A stretch of 64,000 nt of DNA from NCBI GenBank assembly GCA_030141605.1, contig JAQGDQ010000002.1:248001-312000 (forward strand), given 5' to 3'. The first letter of the stretch is position 1; every line of letters begins with the position of its first letter. Under the pieces are notes generated by a model. That model saw nothing but the letters and a program-made list of their open reading frames with translations. It was not told where the DNA came from and did not search any database. Source of the DNA: Tubiluchus corallicola (lineage: Eukaryota; Animalia; Priapulida). This document shows, one piece after another, positions 45,218 to 59,600 of this stretch. Position numbers and translations under genes: made by a program.

Positions 45218-48200
45218 ATGGCTAAGTGGGGCGAAGGGGACCCTCGATGGATCGTTGAAGATCGTCCTGACGCTAAAAATGTGAATAATTGGCACTGGTA
45301 CGTGTTTCTTTTGACGTATTTTATTTTTTAATGCTAATGTCAGTAATGAGGTTACGGCTCAGTGTGCAAGTTTCTGCTAGCCTTTTTTGTAGAATCTCAT
45401 TCGTAGTTAAATCGTTCTTCTCTTGTTTTTTTATCAACAGCTTTCGTTTGCCAAGTTTTTATTAATTTTTTTCACCATGGTTATTTGATGTTTTATCCTT
45501 TCAAGACGGCAATAAAGACATTAATTCATTCAACGTAACATTCCTCCACTGCGGCTGATATTACTAAGCCTGGCACGGCTCCACTTCAAAGTCTCATGTC
45601 TTCAAAGTCTCAAATTTTCATGTTGATGCTTCAATCAGTACAAAGTTAAGCAGTGAGTTAGGGGAATAAGTGTGGTCATGGTGTGTGCTTAGCACCGAAG
45701 TTAAGCAGCTGCAGGTTTGATTAATTATCATTCGGTCATAAATGGGCAGTACATCTGTAACGTCCATTTCATCTTCCCACATAAATGGACTTGTGCAGTG
45801 GCTTGCGTCATGTGAGTGTGGTGTTTGTTCAGTCGGTCTGTCAGTTGGTTGGTCGTCCCAATTGCAGAGTTTGGGAAGAAAACACAAACTCTACTCATTT
45901 TTGGCCCTTCTATGCTGTGCATATCATTATGTATTCTACCTTTTGTTCAAATGTGGAAGTAAAATACCATTAGCATTAAAAAGATCGTTTCTATAGCCTA
46001 TAGCCATTAGCCAAGGTTAGTAAGTACTGCGGGAGGGCCAGTTTAATCGCTTGTAATGATAGCTGTAGGAAGCCAGCGTATACCTATGCCTACGACTACT
46101 CTCGCAGGTATCAAAAAGAGGTCAGCAACTTTACTCCAGGTACGGCACACAGTCAGTTATGTCGTATGGTGACTTTGTCCATGAGGTCTGAAACTATTGG
46201 ACAATGGAGTGGGCAGATGTTTTTGGTGGTAGAGATTTCCACAAAGTTTGCTGACAATTAAGACTTTGTCTCATTGCTGTGTTCGTATCGTTGGGAAGTG
46301 CTATTGTCGTACCGACAAACCGTTTAGAGGCAGATCCAGGTTTGAGGTGATGAGGCACCCCCAGTACGGTAACAACCCAGAGACTGTAAGTTGCACAATT
46401 TAGTGTTTGCTTATCTGATGTTAGCAGTTGCGTGGAAGCTGGACTTAACCTCCCTACTGTTCAAGAAATTGGGCTAGTGATAGTAATAGACACTGAGTTG
46501 CAACCTCATCATAGAGGCACCCTACGTTAAACTTAGTAGTACTATGCAACCTCCATGGTGTATTTTCTAAGTGTGATAATGCCGGTTGATCATCATAGCG
46601 CTAGCGAGGACTACATCATTTGGGGTGGCATGTAGTTAGGCAAATAGGTACCCCTTTTAGTTAGGTTTAGCTGTTGTGCATTATTTGCCAATTTATTTGT
46701 TTGTTTATTGACTTGATAGTGTAAGTCTACTGTAAGTAGATACTGTAATATTTAACACATTCAAACGTAGTTAAATTAGTGTTTGATTAATGATAGTGTT
46801 TTCTTTTACGTACATTTTTTGTTTGTTTGCTTAATAATTATTTCTACAAAATTTATGCAATTGATTGTTTGTGCATTAGTTGCCTACACATCGTCGTTTG
46901 CATTATCATAGTGAGTACAACAGATTACTCCAAGCAAAGTAAACTGCACATCCCACACCCGAACCACTCTGCTCAATAGACAGGCCCCCGTAGACTGCCT
47001 ATAAGCTCGCCACTGTCTGGAGCTAACGGGTAGATGATTGGTCACCCCTTTAGCTCAGTCAGGCCAGTCAAATTGTTACCCAGCGACCACCTTCGATCAA
47101 AGAAACTACCCCCAGATCGTTACAACATCGATGTTTTTGCTTTGTTGGCAGAAAATGCAAAGTATACATAGATTTGAACATAATTACCTTTGCTGGTTTA
47201 GCCTGTCTTACTGTAGAGATTTATCCTTAAAGAGAAAGATTCCAGTTTTGCTACACAGTGACACCCATCAACATTTAATGCAGGCTTTGAGTTTGTGCGT
47301 TTCCTCCAGCTTGCAGTGTGCCAAATTGCAAAAAAAATTTAAAATAGAGCATTCAAGGCCTCAATGATTTCTTGCAAAAAGAAACGTTTCTGGGGTGAAA
47401 AACTTGTAATTTGTCTTGAATAACTTCATACAATTGCCCTTTACTTATACAAAGGGATGCCAGTAAAGTAGAGGGTGCACTATTTTTTTTTTAATTCTTG
47501 ACGTATGACACAAATTCACGTTTGGTCTGATTTCATATACATATATATATATATATATCCAACATAACTGTCAGTTTTTGCCTGTCAGCAAGAAGTTATA
47601 ACTTACATTTCTATAAACATAATAAATCCTGCACTTTTTCAGGGCATAAATTATAGTTTTTTTATTCATCTATGTAAACCACGTTATTTATGAATTTATT
47701 CAACTTCTTTTCAGGACCGAGAAAAATGCTTCAGGCTGGTCGAAAGAAACTTTTAAACATCTTTTTGAGGGATTTGTCATTCAAGACAACACATGTATGT
47801 ATGCATGTATCTTATTCAGTTGGACACATGATCAACTGTTATAGGCATAAGCATGGGCATCCGCTTGGGGGGGGCACACTGGTCGCTTGCTCTCCTCCTG
47901 AATCAGGCCTTCTAACCTTCGGTTCGACAGGCTATTCTTATTGCTCTAATTACCGATAACAGCTTGCACAGTGGAAAGATCCTTCAGCACTATGAGAAGG
48001 GTAAAAACCTGGTTATTGTCAACAATGGCAGATACACATTTACCTGGACTGTGCGTAATGAATGTTCATCGAGGAAAGAATTTTGAGAACGAACATGAAC
48101 TCATTCAAAAAAAGTGGTGGATAGATTTGGACAAAACCCAAGACATTTTATTCCATAGTGGCTCTTTTAAAGTGCTTGAAGCAGAAAACTGAAGAATTAA

Positions 48201-51200
48201 AGCAAGTTTTTTTCTTTTTCTTTTGTAAACCCTATTTTTATTTCGTAATTTTTATGATTTTTGCTCACAAGAACTTGAGAGAACTCCAGTCTTAACCTAG
48301 GAAAAACGATAACTCTGCTCATGAATTTTGCCTTTACCATTAATTATATGGTAGAGTTCTTGTCATTTAAACCTCAGAATGTCATTTTCAATTGAATTTT
48401 TCATGTTCCAACCCTTTTTTTCATATATCAATATATATATATATTATTGTGATTAATAATCATCATAATGTTTAATTACTGTCCTCCGAACCATCTAGCT
48501 GCAATGGCACACTGCACTCTATCTGCACAGGAGATATCCCTTTGCCCCAATGGAAAAGTTGCAGCGGACGTCCTTGGGCATAAGCTGTACAGGCCACACT
48601 TGCACTGCATCATCTGGATGTTATGGCTTCTCTAATTACGAGTATTACTTAGCTTATTCATTTTATTTTATAGCTTACAGCTATGAGGCAACGATAACTT
48701 TTTCTTTCAAGATTTAATTTTTTGCACTATAGAGGGACAACCATTCCTTAGGTGCACTGATCATTTGCCCATAGTTCTGCTTCAGGTTTGCAATGGGTTT
48801 ACTTGTGTAACTCTTGTGTATTCATTTCAGATAAAGTTACTTTAAAAGAACTGGAATCAGTGAAAGGAGAAGCTTATGCAAACAATAGGAAAGGAAAACT
48901 CATTTTCTTTTTTGAGTGGGAACTAAAAATCTCTTGGGAAGGTAGACCTGTGTACTATGTCCAGCTTTTCGAGATGTCTCAATTTTTTTATAAAGCTTTT
49001 AGAATCTAAATGCTAAAAATAAAGTTATTACATACTAATTAATAAATATAAAAATATGACATATTGATTATATAGGGTATCTCATAAGTCACTATAAACT
49101 TTAATTTCTAATTACTTCTTAAATTCTTGCCCAATTTCTGTAAGCTCTTACATGAATCAAAAGGATCTTGGGCAATTTTTTATCTATTTTTTGACAAGAA
49201 CCTATAGTGTTTGTCAACGACAGGTTGCTACGGCAACAACGGTAATATTAGGAATAAGGTGCAAAATTTGGCTAGCAGCAAGCCCTTCTATCACCAATTG
49301 AAGTTCAATGGAAATTCAACACCATGTGAACCAAGCTATTAAAAATGTAGTGTTTCGGCAAGATGAAGCCCTTCCTCATCACTCTTTGGGTTGTGAAACA
49401 TTTTCTTAATACAAAATCCTCAACTTGCCATTGCACTGGCCTCTGAAGCTCTTAAAGTCCCTGAATAAGGTAGCGGAAATAGTAAAGCCTACTAGGCAGT
49501 CGTTTGCTTCAGATTTTTGTCTAATTTTGCTAAAAGAATTGTTGAAGATTTTAGTTCATCTTTACCTGTTTTCAAACGTACTTTGTTAAAAAAAATATCG
49601 AAAATGTAAAGTGAGAAGCTCCGAATTCATTTGTTATGTTCAAATGTGTACATTGGCATTTTTCTTTACAGCAGAGAGCAAAAACTTTATACCATGTGTC
49701 TTTTTCATGTCCCAGTTTGGCATATGCCCTTGTGTTTTTAAATCACCCTGAAACTTGCCATATGTGTAATTTGCATGTGTTTCATGGTTTCAGTTTCAAC
49801 TTTACTTACAACTCATATCGAAAGATGGGGCAATACATGTAAGAAAGAAGACATTACGGTGATGAAATGTGTATTTTAAACTAAACAGATTGCTTAAGCC
49901 AAAGTCTTGATGACCAGCAAAACTGCCTGCATACCTGATTTTGTAGATATACAAGCCCTGTGTTAGACTTTCCAAACACCCCACTAAACACAAAAAATAG
50001 TTCAACTCTGGAGTGGCATACTGCACAAAGAACTTTTAGGCAAAGAATACTGATAAAAAGCATGTTGTATGTGCATATAAATGTTATTACAGTTTTTTGT
50101 TACTATTTACAGGTTGTTTGCGAGAAACGCAAAACAAAATAAAAGGCAGTCTTACGATACCGAATTTGAGTGAAGAAAACTCAGCAGATGAAGTTGATGT
50201 TGACATTGACATGGTAACAGGAGGAGAGGAAGCATTTATGGTGAAAGATTTTGTTCGCGTTTTTGGAACTGGAGAAATTCGAAAGCAACTTGGGCGCTAT
50301 ATAATGGAATTAAAGCAGAGTAAGTTTTCTAAGACTTATTCTTTACATAAAATCTATATATTAAATTGCTTTCTTTTCTACTTTTGCGAAAGATACCAGT
50401 TTTGGTTATTTTAGACAGTGGCATTTGTGGTTAAAGTTAATAAGTGGTTTCATGTATATATAGTTTTTCATTATTAGAGTTTATTAGTGTGCGATTTTTG
50501 ACCTCCCCATTTTGTCTGGGAGACCATATGTTTTATAATATAATTCTAGTTATAATTTTATGTGTTTTAACTTATTTTATTATGATATATTTACAAACTC
50601 TTATTAGATCCATTTGAAACAATAAGAGTTTACATGTAATGTTTACTGATTACTACATAATGTTTCTGTGTAGACTACTAAATATTTTATGTTTATGAGT
50701 TAGTACGTCAAACAAAGAAAGCTAATTTTTCTCAAAAGGTACCAAATTTACTTACCCTTGTGCACAGATTTAATTGCCACACGTTTACAGAAAGAGAATG
50801 CTAGCCCGCATAGTGCATATATATATATAAGTACTTAAAAGGTGTGTAGTGAATAATAATCAAATGCAGTTTCCAACATGGCTGTGAATGACTTTAGTTG
50901 GGAGAGCTGGATAAGGTTGCCAAAAATTCCCCCATAAACTAAGGTCACTGAAATCGAAATAGACTATATTTTAAACAAAAATAAAAACTTATTATGAGCG
51001 TGTTGTAGTGCCCTGTGGATGTTGAAAGCTGCAAATAAAAAATGAAGAATTACTTTAGGTCTAAATTTATATTTACGTGACTAGACAATAACATTTATCA
51101 AATTATTACATCCCAAAAACAATACAAACATACAGTGAGCAATGAATGATAATTAAACTGTATAAAACAGGATTAGTAACACTGGCGAATTTCTGACAAA

Positions 51201-54200
51201 CTGCAAGCAATTAAACATAAAGCTAAAAGTAATTAGTAATCTAATGTATCAGTGAAACTAACGATTGACGTCTAAGATAATGTCAATCATTTTCTTAGAC
51301 TGCCCAATCAGCGTGCAAGTTATTTGACGCACCTGCAGAGCTTAATTAATGCAGGTACGTTCGGGACATTTAGCTACAGCTCCGTCTAACACTGTTATGA
51401 AAAATACTCAACTTTTCATTAGTCAGTGGGTGAAATATTGGCCTGGTTCTAGATTTTATTATTGTCAATTGAAATTACATCTATGAGTTGCTGACTAAAT
51501 CATGTTGCAGTCAAGAGAATATGCAGTTTAGTTTAGTTGATGGCTTTGCAAGTTAGATAAAAACAACTATTTGATTAACTTTAAATTAGGACAAAACAAA
51601 ATGTTTTCTCTTCTGGCTAGTTTTTCTAAACCTCAATGAGATCTTCACAGTCAAAATTAATTCAAATGTAGTCAAAACCTATATTATACATCAATATAAT
51701 AGTTGTTAATTTTACGCTATTTTTTCTGCTTATAATCATGGTTAAAAGCTGCCATTGGGAGTTATGTAACTCGTGCAGTCGATATAAAGGTCATCTGTGG
51801 AATGGAACAATCAAATTCATTCCATTTCCTTAACCTAACAAACTGAAAAATACAAAAACTGAATGAATCTTGCAGGCGAGCACATGATCTGTTAATATAG
51901 AAAAAATACATCACATGCTTGATGTTCTGATGTTCGTATGTTGAAAGGCAAGAGAGACTTAATATTTTTGTTGCTCATTTATTGTAAAGCAAGGCTAACT
52001 GGCTTAGTTTCTTCATTATACTTATGTCTCTGTATTTTGTAGTGCTTTGAAACTTCATCTCTACATTCTGTTTAAATTGATAAGTCGTTTTCTGGCTACT
52101 TGAAGTATTAATTTGGTGTAAAAATAGCTGCTGCTCTACAAATTTGTGTTTATGAAAAAGTGAGATCAGTTTACCTGCTGATTAGACATTAGTTGTGACT
52201 GTCATGTTGTTTAGTTTAGTTTAGTTGAGTCAGTTGTTGTCCAGCGTGAGCTGCTGTCCCGAATGCCGCTGAGCGTGCTTACGTTACAGCGGAGGCGGAG
52301 CGATAGACCAATATGTTTGACGTCAATTATTCTGACTCAAAAACCTATAAACATATACCAAATTAAAGAAACAATGGACAGGCATAATGGACGGACAGCT
52401 ATACCAAGACTAGAATGACTGACAAAATACAAGGTTTACGAACAGGTATTTATAAGCCAAATCATTCATTACATACATTGCAAACTGTATATGAAGCAAT
52501 GTAATGGTATAGGTGATTAAGATAAACTAGTTTTAGAGAATTTAGATCATTACAGTAGTACTGTTACTGTAACAGCTAGGTTGTGCTCACTAAAGCAAGT
52601 TAAAACGGGGGAAATTTAGGCCTAACCACAGTTAATCGTGAAATGACAGAGTCTGCAATTAATGCAGCTTCTGACATTCATGACAGTTTGCCTCATTTTT
52701 TGTGCGAGCAAATCTCTCCATGCATGTGGCATTTAAATCTATGCTTGTGTGTCATTAGCTGTTCTTAATCTGAATAGGCAGTGAGGTAGCTATAAGTAAT
52801 TATTTTTACATGTAAATTTATGCATTTCATATACATACACACTAATAAGAATCTTGCTTATGCTTTTTCAGGAGTCACTTTATACTTTTTAACAATTCTG
52901 ATTCTGTTAACAGAATTTGCAGAAGATATGATATTACCGACTAAAGATGGCACAAGATCCAGCTGCACTACTATAAATGAAAACACTGCTAAAAGCAACT
53001 TCAACAAGGTATGTGTAGCAGCATGTGCTGATTTATGAAAAACTGGTAATTATTATTGACTTAAATAATGTTTAGTTATAAATGTCACTGATCTGAAAAA
53101 TTCAGAGGCTTGAATTTGGGATGTGAATCCAGGCCACTGCAGCTGTCACTCATTTTGTGTGGTAAAGGTTGTGTTTACCATTTTTGTAAATCAATTGGTT
53201 AAATGTTTATTACATATCAGTGCTAGAGACAGCCCCAAATATGTAGAAAATGAAGAGTATACATAAAGTGTGAAGTGCTTTTATTCTGTAGCATAATCAG
53301 CTCTGCAGGCGCTTGAAGCCAATTTCTAGTAAATTAGAAATTTTCCAACAACATCGTAGTTATTAATTATCTTTTTATTATTATCCATTGCCCATAATAA
53401 CATATGCTACATTTATTAAATTGCTATTAAGTTGAAATAAATAGCCTTGTCTTTGTTTAACTGGACTCAGGCATCTTAATATTTGATTTACTTTGATTTG
53501 CAGACGGTCATACAGCACCAACCTGAGGTAAAACCTAAACCTGTTAAAATTAGAAATGATCGATTAGAATTGACAGAAGAATTTAAATGCACGGCAGATG
53601 AGATGTATGCTGCACTAGTCATACCTGAGGTAGGAAAGTATTGTATATCATTAATTACAAAAAGTCTGCTTAACAACAAACAAAAGTTTAGTTCACACTT
53701 AAAATCATTTAAAGTTTGGAAACGAATTAAAACCTTCGTCTTCGACCATTACCTAAGTTTGAGTCAAAATATTTGTCGAACATTTTGTTTTATTTCTTTA
53801 CAAAAATTAATGGTAATTAACAGGTAAGCCAATCATGATTAATTTAATGTAAATACTTTTTGTATATGCGTTAATCTGTGAGACACTTGTCTTCTTAATA
53901 CAAATTACTGCAATTGTCCAGTAATTCATTTTTTGTGGAGCAAATGAACTTCTCAAACTATACAGAGTGCACAACCCAAGGCTTTTGCTTAACTACTTTA
54001 TAACTTATTGGGGGTAACAAGATGTAAAAGAAAAGGGCATAAAAGATGGTGTCGAAATATAGTCTACAAAGGTGATTTTTGTATTAGTGAACTGCACACA
54101 AATTGTTTAGGCCTTGTGCTGGATTTGTTAAAACAAGTGGATTCACTTTGGCAAACTTTGCTTGTTCTCAGGTTAACAATTCACAATTTTTTTTTCTTTT

Positions 54201-55326
54201 CAGCAAGTTGCGGCTTGGACTCAAGCACCCGTAGACTTAAAGGCTGAGAAAAATGGTCAGTTTAAGTTGTTTGGTGGCAATATAGAAGGCACTTTCATTG
54301 AATTGGTAAGTTTCACAAAATTGCTTGAACTTAATAGGATATGTGTCACTAAAATGATATTTATTGAAAAGCATGTTATTACAGGATACCAAAATGTTGC
54401 AGCTATAATAGTAATTCTTATAAGAACTGCATCTGCCAAATACTGAAAATCACGATAACATACTTGGATTGTAAATGACATGATGCTATGTAGTAATAGT
54501 AATGACATTTAATCTTTCGAATAAATGTAATGGGATTTTATTGCTGAATTTTAAATGTTGATCGCGTGACTTGTTTATAAGAAATTGTAAGAAAACAATT
54601 ATTCCATTGAGTAATTGATGCTTTTTTTATTTGTTTAAAAGAAAAACTCAAATATATTTAGTTCAAAAATGTAGTAGTTTTTTCAAACCATTGTAGCGAC
54701 CAGGGAGCAGGATTGTTCAACGATGGAGGCAGAAAGATTGGCCGCAAGGACATTACTCGATTGTTACCATAGAGGTGGAAGAAGCGGAAGATAACACAAA
54801 ATTGACTATTAAGCAGACACAAATCCCTGAAGAGCATCTAGAACGAACGCGGGAGGGATGGAAAACGTAAGTGTGAGAGAATTTTTCAAAAACATTTTCT
54901 TCAAGATAATTGACCACGATATTAATTATTAATAGTGAAAAGTAATTAATTATTGATTCTGAATAACTTGACAATTAAATAACATATATGCGCATTTTAT
55001 TACTGGTGTTTAGAAAGTAAAACAAGCTGATGATACTTTTATTTTAATTATCATAAGTCATTAGATCTAGTGAGGTGTTCTATAGCTTGTTAAAGTTACT
55101 TGCATCTTTGCTTTGTAGTCCCTGCTTCTTTAATGTGCTTCTGATGCCATAACTTGATAAGCAAGTCAAATTTTATTGATCGAAATGAAGTGGTTCTGCT
55201 GCCGCAGTAACATTTGTATCTGTAAACTTGAACTGATGCTATATTGTTAAGCTAAAATTTGGCTTTTCTTTCAGATACTACTTTCAAAGTATCAAGGCAA
55301 AACTAGGATTTGGTGCTTTGCTGTGA
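45218..55326 (+). CDS. AHSA1: Activator of Hsp90 ATPase 1 (Aha1), 340 aa; exons 45218-45297, 47715-47794, 48831-48941, 50113-50319, 52914-53008, 53504-53629, 54204-54305, 54697-54866, 55275-55326
   Basis: MAKWGEGDPRWIVEDRPDAKNVNNWHWTEKNASGWS (NxNNWHW motif), GEAYANNRKGKLIFFFEW (RKxK), IPNLSEEN, MILPTK, FKLFGGNIEGTF, IVQRWRQKDWPQGHYS, GWKTYYFQSIKAKLGFGALL*. All introns GT-AG with consistent phases (1023 nt). Confidence 0.95.
45675..46040 (+). mobile_element. 5S rRNA-derived SINE-like copy 3, apparently split by a 290-bp insertion
   Basis: gtgtgtgcttagcaccgaagttaagcagctgcagg (45681-45715) appears to resume as gccaaggttagtaagtactgcgggagggcc (about 46010-46039). Confidence 0.45.
47852..48576 (+). 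mobile_element. Internally deleted hAT DNA transposon (725 bp) in AHSA1 intron 2
   Basis: TIRs CATGGGCATCCGC / rc CAAGGACGTCCGC. Perfect 8-bp TSD GGCATAAG at 47844-47851 and 48577-48584. Internal LPITACTVERSFSTMRRVKTWLLSTM matches the hAT C-terminal dimerisation motif. Confidence 0.92.
49073..49752 (+). mobile_element. Tc1/mariner-like deletion derivative in AHSA1 intron 3
   Basis: Ends tagggtatc / atcaccctg resemble CAGGGTG-type TIRs. Internal VFRQDEALPHHSL resembles the FQQDGAPPH catalytic motif. Confidence 0.5.
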
Positions 55327-56640
55327 CGTAGGAGCAACTAGTTCAAGTTTAGTTTGAGCTTGAAGCTAGATAATAGACATTTCTGTGCCAGTTATGACAA
55401 GACATTTTGGTGTGAAATTCTCATGCTTGTCTTGCTTAACATTAACGAACGGCTCCAACACTTTGCTACAGCCACGTGTCAAAGATACCTGGAAAATACA
55501 GAAATATATGAATTTTCTTTTGTGCTTGCATGAACTCGGGATATTTCAGAAATTCCTTCATACATGGATGCAGGAAAACCTTATTCAATTGATGTTCAGC
55601 ATACAGGCACCAGTAATTTTAGCAGAAATTTCATTCAGTGTTGCCAGAAATTTTTGGCAAGTGCAGCATTATAAATCAGAATGTTATTTAATATTATCAT
55701 TTATAAAAGTAAGTATTGTATGAGAATCTGTTACTGTCTACTACCTTTATTTCTAATTGCATTACAAATCTTTTCTTGCTACATTTGAAAACCAGGAATA
55801 TTTTAACGAATTTACATCCTGAACTTTTTTGGCACAACAGGGGACACCACTGTCCTCACTTTCCCAACAATCGGTTATTTTTAGTAGTCAGAATTTAAAG
55901 CTATGATGTGTACTTTTTTAAACTGTATGTTAAACTTTTTCTAAACTAAAAATCCTCGAGTCATTGGTCCTACACTTATAATGATATGCTGCTTAACATT
56001 AATATTTCAAATTTTAATGCTAAGTTAGGGATTTTTGTGATTTCTGTTTCTGGACGAGCCTGATATGCGAAAGGCAACTGCAGCATCTGGTGTCAGGATT
56101 TTTTGAAATGAATTATGTTTGTAAGACACCGGTACTATAATTTTGTTGGAAGTGCAAGTATGCTACTAAAATAAAGTCCATTTTTCAACTAATACATATT
56201 AGGTAGCATGCACGAGTGCTATTTTCCATTGCCTTGTCAATTTTTTTACATTGTGACTGTTTCATGATTACAATAAAATACAAAACATGTCAATTTGAGA
56301 AATTTATTTAAAACTTTTAAACTGTAGATTCATGTTTACAAACACGCTTGATCTACTAAATATGGCATGTTTTTAAACACATTCACATATCTATTACTTG
56401 TGAACAATAATAGGGTACAAAAACAAATGCAACTAAATGTCAAACAAAAACATTACACAGGACTGACCCAAACTCAATTTCCATCATTTTTTACTTTTGC
56501 CACTTATTTTTGTATTTTCTCGTAATATTCATAATTCCTTTTATTTCGCATTAAATAAATCATTTTTATAACTAATTCATATCTAATACGGATTAGGTAG
56601 CAGACACGGTCCATGCTCAACACACAAACAACATTCGCAT

Positions 56641-59600
56641 TTAATTGAAGCGTATATGTTTGCGTTTACTGCGTTTAGCATTTTCATGTTGGTCCCTGCC
56701 AGATTTGGATGTTCTTCTGTTAGCACCCACACTCGCTCTGTTGCTATGTGATTTCTTATGTTTGATCGGTAGTTTTACACGCTCACGTCCTTTTCTTAAT
56801 AAAACGGTCGATATGGGACGTTTATGTTTTAAACATTTTTTCACAGTACGAAAACCTTTTGATTTTTCGTCACTTTTTGGTTTTGAATTTTTCACCAAGT
56901 GAGTATGTAACATTTCCTTGTTAGTCCGAGATGGCTTGTTGGGTTTCGTTTTTGTCATTTGCCTGCTGTTTTTTGTGACAGCCTCAGTGCTGTGCAAACA
57001 AGATTAAGGAAAATACCATGGAAATTGATGTGTTTCACTCGTATATGACTTTTACTTTACAAATTAGATTAGCATGCAATTAACGATGGTTTACTGGCAT
57101 AACTTATTAAGGAGCATAATGAATGGCCACCTTGTAAAACACTATAAATATAACAAAAAACAACAGCCAATAAAATTAAGCCAAAAAATCAAAAGCTATC
57201 CTCTTCGGAAAATAAATTAGTATTTCACATGTACAAGTATAGTAGGCATTAAGCCTGTTTACTCAGGCTAGAATATGGTTTTCGTGTGATTAAGACCTGT
57301 CTACTCTGACTTCCGCAGTCTGTTTAAAGGAAATCAGCACTCAGTTTTAGAACCTATTGGGAAATGATTTATGGTATAAAATACTCGAAGGGAAATGTTT
57401 TTTAAGAATGCACGAATGAACTGTAAACAATGCCTGCAGCTTTAAAACGTATTTTGCAAAAAAATAAGCTCTCCACCTGATCAGCAGAACACTTCTATCT
57501 TATGATGTAAGGGCAGCCTTGCAAAACACATTAGCAAGCAGTAATTGCAAAACTAGAAACTGAGAACTGAAACTTTGCCAAGAGTTTTTGTTTTTCACAG
57601 TCAATGTTACACAGCAGTGCTGTAATTCAATTTTCGTTTTTGCATCCTAGTAGAATGAGAGTGGTCATAGAGAACAGTGAAGGTACTTGATGAGCAAATT
57701 CTATGACAGTAAGGCAACGAAACTTAATAAAAAAGTTATTTGACTACAGTGCAACTTATGTAAGCTACACCTTAATTTTTGTATTAATTCAGCATAAACT
57801 TCTCCCACAAGCCTATTAGAAAGCAGATTTTAGGATGTAATTTATAGTCAAAAAATGAAGTATAGGAATAAAAACTGTTCAAACATCTGTGGAGCAAAAG
57901 AACATAATACAGTTTGCAGCCATTTCATTACCATTTTCTTCAAGCACGAGAAAGAGAAAATTGCCTATATCGAAAAAAATTGGTTAGTCAACCAGTGCCT
58001 GAGATTTGAACTCTGCACCTACTGCTTACATACTAATTCCTCAACTACAGCACTAAGAAATCATTGGACAACAAGTGTTTTCACCACTTTCTTTCTATGC
58101 CATTTACAGAATTATGTTTTATATTTGTAAAAAGTGATGTTAATGAGGCATTAGTAACTTAGTTAAATTATTTTCACAAACAAGCATACAATCCATGACA
58201 GTTAACACGATTAGTGCAAAACTTGTAGCATGGAAGTCCTGTTCACTTGTTGTGTTTTCTTGCTCAGAGTTTGCAGAGTGCTTGCCTTGACATCAAATTA
58301 GTCTTTGTTGATGGGGCATGGTGATATAATGTGCCTGTTTTATACTGAATTAAAGCTTGTCTATTGTGTGACTTGCAACAAAAATTTGTATCTTCTGAAT
58401 AAGTCTGAGCTTAGGAAGATAAAGATTTTAAAGTGCATAAAAAAGGATATTTTTTTCTTTTTTACTGCTCTGCTGACTCTAATCTCGCGACCATGTAGAA
58501 TTGAGTTGTTTAGCTTTAGTGCAAGCGTTACACAGTCTTCTGAAGCAAACAAAACGTAGCCGAAACCTCGTCCAATGCCACTTTTTCTGTCTCTGATAAG
58601 TCGAACATTCTGCACACTACCACAGTCGGAAAAATGATTTCGCACTGTTTCTTCTTCAATATCTAGGAAAAGCAGAGGCAATGTTTAAGTACACTGACAC
58701 TTTAATCAATTTTAATTTTGTACATGGGTGTAAACAGGCTTGACTTGTACATGCAAAAACTGGGTTAAGTCTCAAACCACATAAAACCGTAACTATGCAG
58801 AATACTGGAAAAAGGCCAATGAGTTATTTTTTCTTAATCTGTTTACTGTACAAGATGAACGAAAATCAAAAGCATCTATGGTAAATTCTATGTACTCTGC
58901 AAATAGATAGAAACCTGATTAATTATAATCTTAATTTTTAGATTATTATTAAGACAAAACAAACTCACAATTGTAATTGAAATTTCTGAAACGAACCACA
59001 CAGGAAATGCAAAAAAGTCAGTACAGCTTGATACTAATCTCTCTCATTTTACATTAAATGAACTTCCCCAGGGAATGCTGAACTAGTTAGCCAGCCTTAA
59101 GGATTAGTTATGGCTTATCGTAATCACTGGGGACACGGTAGTCTAGCAGCTATGGCTTCTGCCAAGTAAGTGGAAAGGCTCTGGTTCAAATCCAGCTGAT
59201 ATCTTATCTCTTTCAAGTAAGTTTGGTGTCAAAAATTTCAATTAATTATAGGTTCATTCCATTAGAAATCTGGTTAACTTAATTTGTACAAAAAGTATTT
59301 CTTGTAGAAATTTTTATTCATAGTAACAGCTTACCAAATGAGAGATTACCAACAAATACAGAACGTTTGTTATTATGCTGCTTTGATTTTGCCGCCAAAT
59401 CGCAACGGATATGGTTTCCCTCAAACTTCATGCCATTTGCAGACAAAGCATCTCGAGCTTCCTCTTCATTGGAAAACACAACATATGCGTTAAAACTGTT
59501 CCTGGATTCATGTAGAGCCTTCCTACAAAAGCAGCATTAAACATATACAGTAAGTATACATGTACTTAATTATCACACTGAGCTTAGCAGCCCTCTCCTA

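Noticed and set aside
59130-59197. tRNA gene
   Set aside because: A/B boxes are present but the acceptor and anticodon stems do not pair convincingly.
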